A stretch of DNA of 64,000 bases from Chrysomallon squamiferum (taxonomy: Eukaryota > Animalia > Mollusca): NCBI GenBank assembly GCA_012295275.1, contig CM022673.1, forward strand, positions 5,146,001-5,210,000, given 5' to 3'. This document shows positions 15,695-28,024 of the stretch, in pieces (position 1 is the stretch's first letter; the number at the start of each line of letters is the position of its first letter). The notes under the pieces are model-generated. The model made no database searches and had not been told where the DNA came from. It saw only the letters and a program-made list of their open reading frames with translations. Position numbers and translations under genes: made by a program.

Positions 15695-15990
15695 GTTATA
15701 AAGTAAAGATAAAAGTTGAAGTTGAAGTTAAAGTAAAGTAAAGAGTAAACTAAAACTAAAACTAAAATAAAGAAAACTAAAGTAAAGTAAAGTAAAGTAA
15801 AATAAAGAAAAGAAAAGAAAGTAAAGTAAAAGCAAAAGCAAAGAATGAAGTAAAATAAAGTAAAGTAAAAGTGAAAGCAAAGAATGAAGTAAAATAAAGA
15901 AAAGTAAAGTAAAGTAAAGAAAAAATTAATGTAAAGTAAAGTAAAAAGTAAGAAGTAAAGTAAAGTAAAGTAAAAATTAAAGTAAAACTA
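15695..15990. repeat. (AAAGT)n/(TTTAC)n pentamer repeat filling an intron of the DUSP-BTB gene
   Basis: Visible aaagt arrays between the two exons. Confidence 0.9.
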
Positions 15991-15992
15991 AC

Positions 15993-16438
15993 ATTTCTTT
16001 CAAAATCGGCTTCCTTTTCTTTTAGGTCTGATTCCTTGTTATCAAGTTTGATCTTCTTAGCTTTCAAAGATTCATCCAGTACCTTCAATTCTTCCTCCTT
16101 TTTCTCCAGTTTTGCAAGTCTGCTCCCAACAATCATTTCGGCCTGATCACCAAGAACTCTTGTCTGTTTCATTATTGATTCATTGACATCAACTGCCAGC
16201 TGCTGGAAAGCTTCATTAAGAGCAACATTCCAGTCTGAATCTGATTTTGCTGAGCTGTGGACAAATGGAGCAATTTCTCCAAAAAATGCATTTTCTTGAT
16301 CATAAGCTGAGGAGCCTGCCATTTTTGGAGGAAGTTCCTCGAGGCAGATTTTAATTACAAGGCCGTGTTGATCAAGGACTTTGTTAAGACTCACATTCAT
16401 TTCTTGTTGCTGAACCAATCCAGTTGATGCTTGCTGTT
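15993..16438 (-). CDS. DUSP-UBL/coiled-coil/BTB protein, coding exon 2 (linker + coiled coil)
   Basis: ttttacag| acceptor gives G+AA=Glu in frame with exon 1. Donor AAT|GTTAGT (phase 0). K/E-rich heptad-like segment LAKLEKKEEELKVLDESLKAKKIKLDNKESDLKEKE. Confidence 0.8.
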
Positions 16439-16573
16439 CTGTAAAATAAAACTTTAAAAATAAGTTTAAATTAACAGATATAAAGATTTTCTGCATAAAT
16501 AAGTAAATTATAACTCACATTATCATAATTAATGTAATATGTAAATTGAAAATGATAAAAATGAAAAACAAAC

Positions 16574-17231
16574 CTTGCATGAAAAAGTTTTGACGCTGTC
16601 GCAGTGTGTTTAATAGCAATTGGTTTTCAGCACACACCAGACTTCCAAGCATAATGTACAATGCCTGGTCAATACACTTAACAGAAATTTCACTCCCCAT
16701 CTGTGATAGTGACAGCCACATTCGAACTCCACTGCTGGGTGGAATTTTCAGCAAACGTCTTGCAATCATTTCCAGGAATGAGATTTGTTCCCAGAAAAGA
16801 ACCTGGATAAAACAGAACTGCTCAGGACACTGAAGCTGATCCAGTCTTCCAACAGAAATGGAAACTAAATCCAACATGTTGTCAACAAAAATATTTTCTG
16901 TACCTGATGGTAGGTTAACACAGAAGAACTGAGAGTTGTTTGGTCGACGTAAAAATACTGAATCATCTGCTAGTCCATACCACGATAATAGAATTTTCCA
17001 AACAGTTTCAGGAATGAAAGTGTTTTCAAATTCACTCATTGAGAGGTACAATGGACGCATTTCCACAGCCTTAACATTCTGGTCAGAAAGCTTTGTTTTG
17101 TATTCTTTCATCCATTCTTTAGAAACACCATATTCCCATTGGAATGTACCAGTGGAGAACTGTTGTACAGATAAGGTGTTTTCAAACAAAGATTGCTGAA
17201 CAATTTTGGGAGGTGCCCGGGGAACAGCCAT
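16574..17231 (-). CDS. DUSP-UBL/coiled-coil/BTB protein, coding exon 1 (DUSP + UBL-like module)
   Basis: ATG at 17231 in ttaaccATGG context, just after an acceptor (tttcag|, exon begins 17243). Ends CAAG|GTTTGT (phase 1). Translated blocks WEYGVSKEWMKEYK, FIPETVWKILLSWYGL and QISFLEMIARRLLKIPPSSGVRMW resemble the DUSP and UBL domains of USP4/11/15. Confidence 0.8.
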
Positions 17232-17469
17232 GGTTAATTAGTACTGAAAAAAAAAAAATAAAAATAAATAAATAAAAGATAAATCATTTGATCAATTTTA
17301 ATCAGTATACTTGGCACTATCTTTTTCCTAGCCAACTATTTTCTGCTTTAAAATAGAAAATCCAAGCTAACTAACATTTTTTGAGTTACTTGGTTTTGCT
17401 CAAGACATGTCAGAATAAACATGCTACATTACTGCTAGCAAACTGGTTTTATCCTGTTATGTTATCTCT

Positions 17470-18672
17470 GATTATCAGCAAGGAGTTCTTAATAAGTCAA
17501 AAATAACAAAAGAAACCACCCCCATCAATATAAGACAGAGCTTCAGCACTTTATTTTTGAAAACAGATCAACATCTGTGTCAACCAAAAATCCCATCTGA
17601 AAGAATCAATGAGCTTCAAGGTCACAGGCTACCAGACATTCAGAAGTGTTTGCAGTGGAAGAACCTTGGGCGAGGTACTCACTCTGGGTAGGAATAACAT
17701 CAGTGCAACTGAAGATTTATGGATGCAGTTGAATTTAAAAACATCTCAGCTACACAAAGTAAAGAAACTCTTTTAACGATATCCAAACATCGGTGCTTTA
17801 ACAGCCAGTCCCAGAGCTGGGGTTACAACAATACTGGCAGAAAAGAAGAGGAGATAGAAAGCTTGCAGGATGAAAAATACTTTAATCTCATTAATGACCC
17901 ACTTGACTAACCAATGATTGCCAGGAATACAAGCTCACGATATAAGCCACTCAGTTTCAGTCTTTGTCACAACACCTAACATAATTAATTGCTGTTCCTG
18001 CAATGGACTCAAAAGATCTAACTTTCATAAACTGAGCAAATCATTTCTGAGGCAACATAAGGCATGACTGCCAGATAAAATCCATCAAGTTAGCAGTGTC
18101 ATCTGCAACCCAACCTGAGAACCACAAAGTTCCAACACCTAACCACTGGAGAGAAATACAGTATGCCACCATACAAACAAGCTCTGACACTGGCCATGAT
18201 TGATGAACATCATGGACACATATATACCATCAGCAGATCCCAGCTTACTGTGGCATGCATGGAAATCAGAATGCAGACAGACTGGCAAAACTAGGTGCAG
18301 TTAACGAATAGGAGGATAAGTAGGTGAAATGTGAATAGATGAAATCTCTTATTAAATCTCTCTATAGACCTCCCAAATAAACTGATGACTATCACCTGCT
18401 ATCCCATCATGAACAAGTCATCATTTTCTGATTAAGGACTGGACAGAAGAGGCTCAAGGAGCATATGCTTAAGAGGTATCCGGCTGTATCTTCTTCCATG
18501 TGTTCCTGTGGAGAAGCAGAACATATGCCATCCAAAACTGCATAAACCTAAAGCATCTGAGGGAGACTTGCTCCAGAAGAAGCTGAATGGCACAAGAAGT
18601 GATCCACAGAAAACAGGATCATTCAGAGTCACTGCTGATTTTGACGTGTAGTTAACAAGTGAAAAAAAAAAA
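17470..18672 (+). mobile_element. Decayed, internally deleted RNase H-bearing non-LTR retrotransposon (I-group LINE)
   Basis: APE endonuclease remnants (..FKVTGYQTFR, VLTLGRNNISA, FNSQSQSWGY..LINDP). RNase H ends (SWTHIYT; QQIPAYCGMHGNQNADRLAKLGA at 18231-18299). EQVIIF*LRTG and a CSCGE..H..C knuckle, then an A-tail at ~18662. Many stops and frameshifts. Confidence 0.8.
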
Positions 18673-18989
18673 ATATATATTCTTCTTATAATAAATCGGG
18701 TAATTAATCAATTTAAATTGAAAACAATGTTCCACACTGGTGGCATTTGCTCAATGACCAACTCAAAATGGATCAACAAATCATCCATGTCATAACACAA
18801 TATTATGAATATATGACTTTGAATAACTATTTGATTACATTTCAATAACTATTATCCTCGATTAACTATAATACTGAATTATTAAATTAAATGCTCATTC
18901 GATCATAGCGTACATTTCTGAGTCATTTAATACCTCTTTTTTAACCCCTAGAAAATCTAAATAGAAGACAAACGAGTTATAATTATCTA

Positions 18990-19240
18990 TTTCGAAACCG
19001 AAACCAAGAAGTAAGAAAGAATATAGAGACTGGTTTTGTCGGCGGTGATCCGCAGGCTTCAGAAAGGCTCGAGCGACTGTGAACCAGTAAATGATTTAAG
19101 GCGAGGCACGTGATGGCTTTTTCCGAGAAACGAAGTAAATTTTATTCTTGGAAGTATGCATTGTAAACAAAAAGTAGGTTATCAGATACGTTCCTTTGAT
19201 TAAATATGGCGGTGGGAATTCCGATCGACCACTCGCAAAC
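18990..19240. promoter_or_regulatory. CpG-rich promoter-like patch between the divergent DUSP-BTB and NRAMP genes
   Basis: About 16 CpGs in about 250 bp; E-box GGCACGTGA (~19105); YY1-like AATATGGCGG (~19203). Confidence 0.55.
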
Positions 19241-21752
19241 TGTCAACAAAAAAAAAAAAAAAAAAAAAAAAAAGAAAGTAATTGTATGACGTTAAATACA
19301 ATTCATCAATTCACAATTGTGAATTGATTACCGTAAAATAATTTAATAATAAAAAAAGTCATTTCGTTTGTAAAAAGAATAAAAATTCATGTTACTGTTT
19401 CAGTTTATGTTCAGATTATGTTATATTATCATTATTAATATTATTGGGGTTTTTTTTGTGTTTTTTTTTCACTCATACATCTCATGCATCTCCCTGATAA
19501 ATGTTTAAATATATTACAACCCTGGCCTGAGATAAACCAGTGGACCAGTGGTTCAAAGGGAAAACAGCCCACTGAGCACCTTAACTTGAGATTAAGAAAA
19601 CCTCGCGTTTTACTGATCTGTATGTATTCTCTGTTATTAATTTTTGGTAATCTTGCAGTTTATTTGTTAGTTATTAGTACAGTTTTTACTCCAATATTCT
19701 GCTGTTATTTACCTCAAGTGCAAATATGAAAAGGGAATTTAAAACGGTATAAATGCTTATCAAATTTGTCGAATCAACTGTTTTTCAATTTTATTACAGA
19801 CATTGATGATTGAGACAACCATGGTAATTCCATAACTGGTATAAGCCTGTGTACAAAACCATTCCTGAAAACAAGTCTAGTGGGTTATGCCCATCAGTTT
19901 TTGGAAAAGTTCATGGTATTTTACTTAACTATCAGTTTTGTTTATAAAATTAAATATAATGTAATAAAAAGTTATGTACTTTTCCCAAAACAACCCAAGG
20001 CCTGAAAACAAAACTGATGTTTTTAAAAATACTGAAACAGAATCTTTATTGAATGACACTGAATTTTTATTGAGCAATAAATGATTAATTTCATTCTTAA
20101 GATAAAAGCAGAAATCATAATTAAAATACTGGATATATTTTTAGAATTTTACATATTGGAACAAAAATGGTATTTGTTTTATATTTGTGAACAAGCAAAT
20201 GTTTGTTTTGCAAGTTTCTAAATGGAAAGATTTTTAAGAAAGATCCTGAGAACGTAACACTATTAGATTTTCATGTGGTATGTAAGCCTACACCATCATT
20301 TTTTTAAATATTTTTTTATTATTATTATTGATATTTTCCAGAGAGGCCAACAAATGTCTCTTGACAGCTGTCAGGTAAGCCACATGTGTTGGAAAACTGT
20401 TCTTTAGAATAGCCCTTTTCATGTCATTCACACTTTAGACTTTATCACTAAATTTGCTTTGCCCATGACTACAATTCCATACAGTTTTGCTAATTATTTT
20501 CTTACTCTTCTGAAATAATTTCTTTCCCTGTCATGAGAACCATTCACTGATTTAAAACAAATAAACACACATTTAAAATTTTTAATTTGTTTATTTTTTA
20601 ATATTTGGATTACATTTTCAGTAATTTTGAAATCTATATTTACTGCTGTTTTGAAAGTTAATGTTACATTTAACAGATTTTAAATTTTATACAGTCAGTA
20701 AAAAAATAATAAAAAATAAATGAACAATAACAAAATTCCAGCCTTGTTACTTAGTCTGTTTAAAATAAACAGAATCTCATTTCATAAATGTACACATAAT
20801 TATCATATCACTAACAGCTCTCAGCGCAGAGCCGTGTAGAAACAAATAATTGTATGTCACCTTAATTCAATCTATTGATGAACACAACAGATGGTGTCAT
20901 TGTACTTGGAGTTTTCAAGGTTTTAGGACCAGCACTGTTTTGTGTCTCTTACAGCAACTTGTGTCACTTCATGACATAATTTTGATCTGTTCGTGTGGCA
21001 GTATTTTGTTCTGTCATCGTGACTTTAGGAGATTTCATTCACAATCACATGACAGCATCATGTTTCACAGTCGTGACTAGTGTTCTGTTGTCACAGTGTC
21101 ACGTTTGGATCTATTTTCTACAGTTATTATACCTGTCAAGTACAAGTCATGAAAATTTTCTTTATTCAATAAAGCTTAGCCTTCACTCACTGAAGGGAAA
21201 AAGAAAAAAAATCCAGAGAAAAATCTTGCACATGCAGAAGTACTCTGATGTGGTTAATACATACTGGATAGATGTTTAAACTGGAATATAGTTTATATAA
21301 TTATTTTGCATGTATATATGTATACAGGAATACATCTTCTTATGAGAATTTGTTTTAATTTGAACCAAATTTGTTGAATCCAGAATTTTGTTGTTTTGGA
21401 GATAAAATAAATAATTGGCTGGGGATTTGGGGCTGAAGAATCTATCAAGGTATGGTTGCTATTCATTTAACAATAGTGAGGGGTGGAATGTTGAACTAAA
21501 GATAGACTGGTGACAGTATCAAATTCTGTCATGCAGATTTTATCTTTAATTTTTTTTTTCTTTTCTTTACTTACTATCAGTGCTCCATTATGATTAGTTT
21601 TTCATTGTGCAACTAATGAGTTAAACTATTCTTTATAGAGTTCAAAGATTAATATTACAACAGACATCGTTTTTATTATTATAGTTGTTATTATATATAT
21701 TTTTTTAAATATTGTTATTATTTTTAATTGTTATTTCTTATTAGTAATATTG

Positions 21753-21755
<3 letters not shown>

Positions 21756-21793
<38 letters not shown>

Positions 21794-21836
21794 GACATCC
21801 ATTAACAATATTACTTTTTTTATTAATCCTGGACTA

Positions 21837-21887
<51 letters not shown>
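21756..21887. repeat. (TTA)n and (CT)n microsatellites
   Basis: Directly visible. Confidence 0.9.
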
Positions 21888-21894
<7 letters not shown>

Positions 21895-21992
21895 TTTAAT
21901 AGATAACTAACTTATTATTTCAAAATATTTTTAATATTAATTTATCACAATAGAAAATTGTTTTATTAGTGTTTAATCTTTCTTTTTTCTAG

Positions 21993-22033
21993 GCTGACAT
22001 CACACTGTCAGTTACCTGCAAAATTAATTAAAG
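21993..22033 (+). other. Candidate non-coding 5'UTR exon of the NRAMP gene
   Basis: Strong acceptor tcttttttctag| and donor AAG|GTGAGA, upstream of the ATG exon. Confidence 0.4.
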
Positions 22034-23731
22034 GTGAGAAATCTTTTGAGAACTGTTTAATTAGAAGGAAAGGTTGATCAAATTTACAAAATCCTGTTTA
22101 TTTTTTTGGATAGAAATAGTGTATTGCCTGATTTAAAATAAAGTTATATTGCATGAATATTCAATAGTTTAACATGTTTGGATTAGCATATCACACACAA
22201 ATGAATTATATGAATATGGTAATTAGTTTTGTTTGATAAATATTCATAACTAGTACATTTTATTTTATTTTATTTTATGGTTTTAGTAAATTGGGAACAG
22301 TAAAGTTTAATAAAACAGCTAAATACTTGTGAAAATTTATTTCTTTGATTGGCAAGAAATCACTAAAGATGGCCATTTATTCAGAAAATATGTAAAGAAG
22401 ATAAAATTTGGTACAAATTCTGCTTAATTAAGACTGAATTTTTTAAATGAACGGTTTTTTAATTATTGTTTCGTGCTTTATTTTTTCTTGAAATAATTTG
22501 CATGTGTAGTATTAAAATTTTCATAAATGAAAACAACATTTACTTTCTCAATTACAATGAAATAACTAGCCTGGTTAAATAATTAGCACATATTTCTTAA
22601 ATAAAAATCATTTCATAAATGAAAGTCCTATTGCATAGTAAATTACTATTGTATTTTCTTTTAATCCCTTTTTGAAGAAACAAAAAAAATAAAAAGGATA
22701 GAAAAAGTAAATATATCTGAATGTGTTTTTAACATTGTTTTTGCTGTCATTGTTATTGTTGCTTCTGAAATGGTTCATACAAATTTTTTATTATTATTAT
22801 TTTTAATTATGTTTTCTTTCAAAGGATTCTTCAATTCAGGTTATGGTAATGGTCCAATTAATCCTTTTCTTAAAAATATTTAATTATTTATAACAGAAAA
22901 ACTGAAGTATTCAACAATATAAAAACCTAAAGTTATTTAAACGTAAAATTAAATTAATTAACAGAAGCATGAATATATATAATTAAAAAATTCATTTCAA
23001 TAACAGTGGATAGTTAGAATAAAACAGCTGTATATCTAAATAAAACAGGAAACATTAAGTGGCAAACTGGTGTTCAATTTAATCACTAACATATGGTGAA
23101 CACAGTTTGATAGAGCTAATAATGAAAAAACTGATGGTATTTGTTCCTAGTTTATCACTCTTATTTTCATTTTTTAATGTTGTTTTGTAGGCTATTCTTT
23201 GTAATTAAATAGAATTCATTTCATTAATAACTTTCGTTGATACAATTTGCTGTTTTGAGTGGATATTTCCTAATTAAAAATAATTTATTGTACTAATAAC
23301 TCATTTATATGTTTTGCTACAAGGACAGTATATTTTGTAATGAAATGGAGTTCATTTTATTAATAACATACTGTTATATATTAAATTAATAATGTTTTCT
23401 TTTTCTCTGCCTGTCTGCATGTAAACAAAACTGAATAAATCTGAAACTTAATGGGTTTATTTGTAGGCATTATAATCTTTAATTAAACATGAATTAGTCC
23501 ATTAACAGTAATATATTGTTATAAATTAATAGTTATTTTTCTCAGCTCTTGCATGTAAAAACAAGCAAAACCTGAAAAATAAAAGTGAAACTGAATAAAT
23601 ATTATTGCTACTTATGTTGCTGTTGGAAATATATAGATATATAATATATATATATATATATATTTTATTTTTTTCAGATTATAAAAGAATGGATTAAGAA
23701 CAGATAACTTTTTAAAAATCTTTTTACTAAG

Positions 23732-23756
23732 ATGGCTACAATAGAACCAGATACAA
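23732..23756 (+). CDS. SLC11A2: NRAMP/SLC11 transporter, first coding exon (MATIEPDT)
   Basis: Exon 23678-23756 (ttttcag| ... A|GTATGT). ATG in aagATGG context. Phase 1 joins in frame to 24347. Confidence 0.6.
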
Positions 23757-24073
23757 GTATGTTTTCTTACTTTATAATAACTTTATTTGTTTAAAATGTA
23801 ATAAACTGCATTCCTGAAGATGAAACACTTAATCTGCATACTTCTAGTTAAATACATTGTTCACAGGGATTTTACAATAAGTTGAATAAGTATTAAAAAT
23901 GCTTAAGTGTGATTGTGTGTGTGTGTGTGTGTGCGCGGCGCACACACAATGGTTTCTCTCAGTTATTTTTATAGATTAAAAGAAAAGAAAAAGATTTGCT
24001 TTTCTATGTATGACATAAAACATTTTTCAAACTGAGAAAACATAAAAATAATCCTGTTGTTAGAATCTTATTC

Positions 24074-24200
<127 letters not shown>

Positions 24201-24346
24201 TAATTAATTAATGAAAACATTCTTTTTTATTACTATTGTTATTTCTCCTTTTCAAAATTTCAGTGTATTTTTTTAATTTTTACATCTAAAAAAAAAAGAA
24301 AAATCCCTTCTAGTTACATTCTTAAAAAAAAAAATGTCCTTTCTAG

Positions 24347-24447
24347 TTACTGAAGAGTTGGAAAATAACACGGAGACCAAAAATGAAATGTCAACTGCCC
24401 CATCAGCTTATTTTAATCAGAAAATTTCCATACCTTCTTCTACCAAC
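24347..24447 (+). CDS. SLC11A2: NRAMP/SLC11 transporter exon (…AYFNQKISIPSSTN)
   Basis: ttctag| ... |GTAAGT. YFNQKISIP matches the YF.EKI.IP N-terminal motif of animal NRAMPs. Confidence 0.85.
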
Positions 24448-24649
24448 GTAAGTTTTTACTTCAGTTTTTACTATTTTTCATTTAGCTTCTTTCATCTTTA
24501 AACATTTTTGAGACAAAACAGAAATCACTGGGAATGAGTAGTTTGAATAGCACTAATCTAACAAAGTTATCTGTATTACATATGTTTGTGTTACATAAAA
24601 ATATCTGTATTAAAATATATATATACATAAGAGTATGCGAGGTTAGTGA

Positions 24650-25580
<931 letters not shown>

Positions 25581-25705
25581 CGGCTATCCAATAAAAAGTT
25601 TTTCTTTAAATATTAATTTATATTTATTTTTATTTTTTTCACTTTTACTTTTTTACTTTCTTTTTGGGCATTTAAATATTTTTTGTCATTCATTTTCTTC
25701 TCCAG

Positions 25706-25932
25706 TTGTTATGGGTTTTAATGGCTGCCACTATGCTGGGTTTGCTGCTGCAGAGACTGGCTGCAAGACTTGGAGTTGTCACAGGAATGCATCTTGCAGA
25801 AATGTGTTACCGTCAGTATCCACGGATACCTCGAATCATCCTCTGGCTCATGATGGAAATAGCCATTATTGGCTCAGACATGCAGGAGGTTATTGGAACA
25901 GCCATAGCATTTTACTTGCTGTCAGATGGAAA
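25706..25932 (+). CDS. SLC11A2: NRAMP/SLC11 transporter exon (TM2-TM3)
   Basis: [52 protein letters not shown]; tccag| ... AA|GTGAGA. Confidence 0.97.
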
Positions 25933-27104
25933 GTGAGAATTCATTGGTTAAAATTTGTTATGTGGATTGATGTTAAGTGAAATCTGATTGGTTAAAATTT
26001 TGAATGTGGAAAGATGTTAAGTGACATTTCATTGGTGGAACTTGTTCGAATAACATGTATTGAAGCAGGAGTCTGAAAATATCATTATCCAAAAAACATG
26101 TTTTTAGCACATAATAATTATTACTGTTATACTATGTCAGATTTTATTTTATTGTTCAATCTTTATACTTTTGTGAAATGTTATATGGTTTAATCGTTAA
26201 CTGTAATTTGATCTCAGTAAAGTGTAATATTAGATTTCAAATAGTTTATATAAAGTAGACTAATAAACACTATTATTTTGTTTGATTTTTCAATGGCCAG
26301 GATCAGAAACTTTTATGTTCAGCGTAAGAAAAGTAGAAGATTTTATGTTTTTAAAAAAGTTTCAGCATTATTTGTATTGGTTGTTGATTTTATTTATGTT
26401 GCTGTTTATTTTTATTTATATTTTGTTTTTGCTAAATTTTAAATTTTTTTTAATTCACATTTTAATGATTTATTAATTCTCTTACAAAGTAATATTCACG
26501 TTATTAACAATGAATAATATTCTTTATATTTGACTGTAAAAAGTAATGTTCTCGTGAATTTTCTTTGTATTATGTTATTGTTATTAAATTTTTTGAAATA
26601 TTTTATTAAAATTAAAATTAAGTATGTAAGCAGATAATCATTTTTCTAACACATAAAATTCATATTTATTTTGAGTATTCTTTTACATTTTTTCTACAGT
26701 AAAGCTGTTATTTTCTAAGAGTTTACTTTACATATAATTAAAACTAAAACATACGAAATATAACAAACAAAATATTTAAATACACATACTGTATTGTAAT
26801 GAAATAGATTGTTAAAACATAGTTTTGATGGTATAAATAGTATACATTGGTATAAAACACACACACACACATTTATTTTTATTTTTTAAATAAAAAAGAA
26901 AGTTTCAAATATCATCTAAATTCTCCTACTTGATCAAACACATATATCTTCTAAATGAATTAATAACCTTCTTAAAAATTAATAACTTTATTCTTTCTTC
27001 TTTCATTTTTAAAAATATATTTACTGATTATCTCAAAATAAATATTGTGACATTTATTTTATAAAATTAAAAAAAAAGAATTAATTTTTTTTTTTTTTTT
27101 TTAG

Positions 27105-27243
27105 AATTCCATTGTATGGCGGAGTACTGATTACTATAGCCGATACTTTCACATTTCTTCTTCTTGACAAGTATGGTCTCCGGAAACTGGAAGCATTTTT
27201 TGCCCTTCTTATAACCACAATGGCATTGACATTTGGATTTGAG
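27105..27243 (+). CDS. SLC11A2: NRAMP/SLC11 transporter exon (TM4-TM5)
   Basis: [37 protein letters not shown]; ttag| ... GAG|GTAATA. Confidence 0.96.
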
Positions 27244-27868
27244 GTAATACTGATATATATATCAAAGCTGTTGTTTATTTATTATAAACAGAGAATTCAA
27301 TGCCTGCACATACATTTTTGACTTATGGGATATTGTTTCTATGAATTTATCATAAGAATTTGTCACATAAATACTTACAACTAAAGAACATTGTGTGAAT
27401 GCTTAATTCACGACAACTTTAGATTTGTTTAGAAATTGTATTCATGTGATAGTTGGTCAATGAATGATTTCTAAAAATAAAAGCCATCAGACACTAATGT
27501 TCCTTTTTTAGTCTCTCTTTTCAACAAGAGTGTAATTTAATTCATAAAAAATATTTGTTCAGCTTCTTCTGTAGATCTACACAGTCAAAATAAATGTCCA
27601 ATTCAAGGAGTTAAAAACTGATTTTTATTATGATCAGATGTTAAGAAAATAGAAAAAATGTATATATATCAAAATTGCATATTTGAAAGTTAAATTTAAA
27701 AAATAAAAAAATAAAATAAAATAAAACGTATGTTAAATGTTTTTATTTAATAATTAAATCAAAAAAATAATAATAAATAAATAAATAATATTTAAAATTA
27801 TTATATCTGATAATAAGATAGTATTCGAATACAAAAATACAAATATTTGGTTTAATATTTTTACTCAG

Positions 27869-28024
27869 TACATCACTGTAGCTCCTGATCAAGGCCAGGT
27901 TGTCAAGGGTCTTTTCTTCCCCTGGTGTGAAGGATGTGGATCCAAACAGCTCCTGCAGGCTGTAGGCATTATAGGAGCCATCATCATGCCTCACAACATT
28001 TACCTCCATTCTGCTCTCGTGAAG
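27869..28024 (+). CDS. SLC11A2: NRAMP/SLC11 transporter exon (TM6, MPH motif)
   Basis: Hand translation [52 protein letters not shown]; ctcag| ... AAG|GTAGGA. Confidence 0.96.

Noticed and set aside
16606-17199. Plus-strand ORFs at 16606 and 16936 (likewise 57001-57342 and 27743-28102)
   Set aside because: Antisense shadows of real coding exons.
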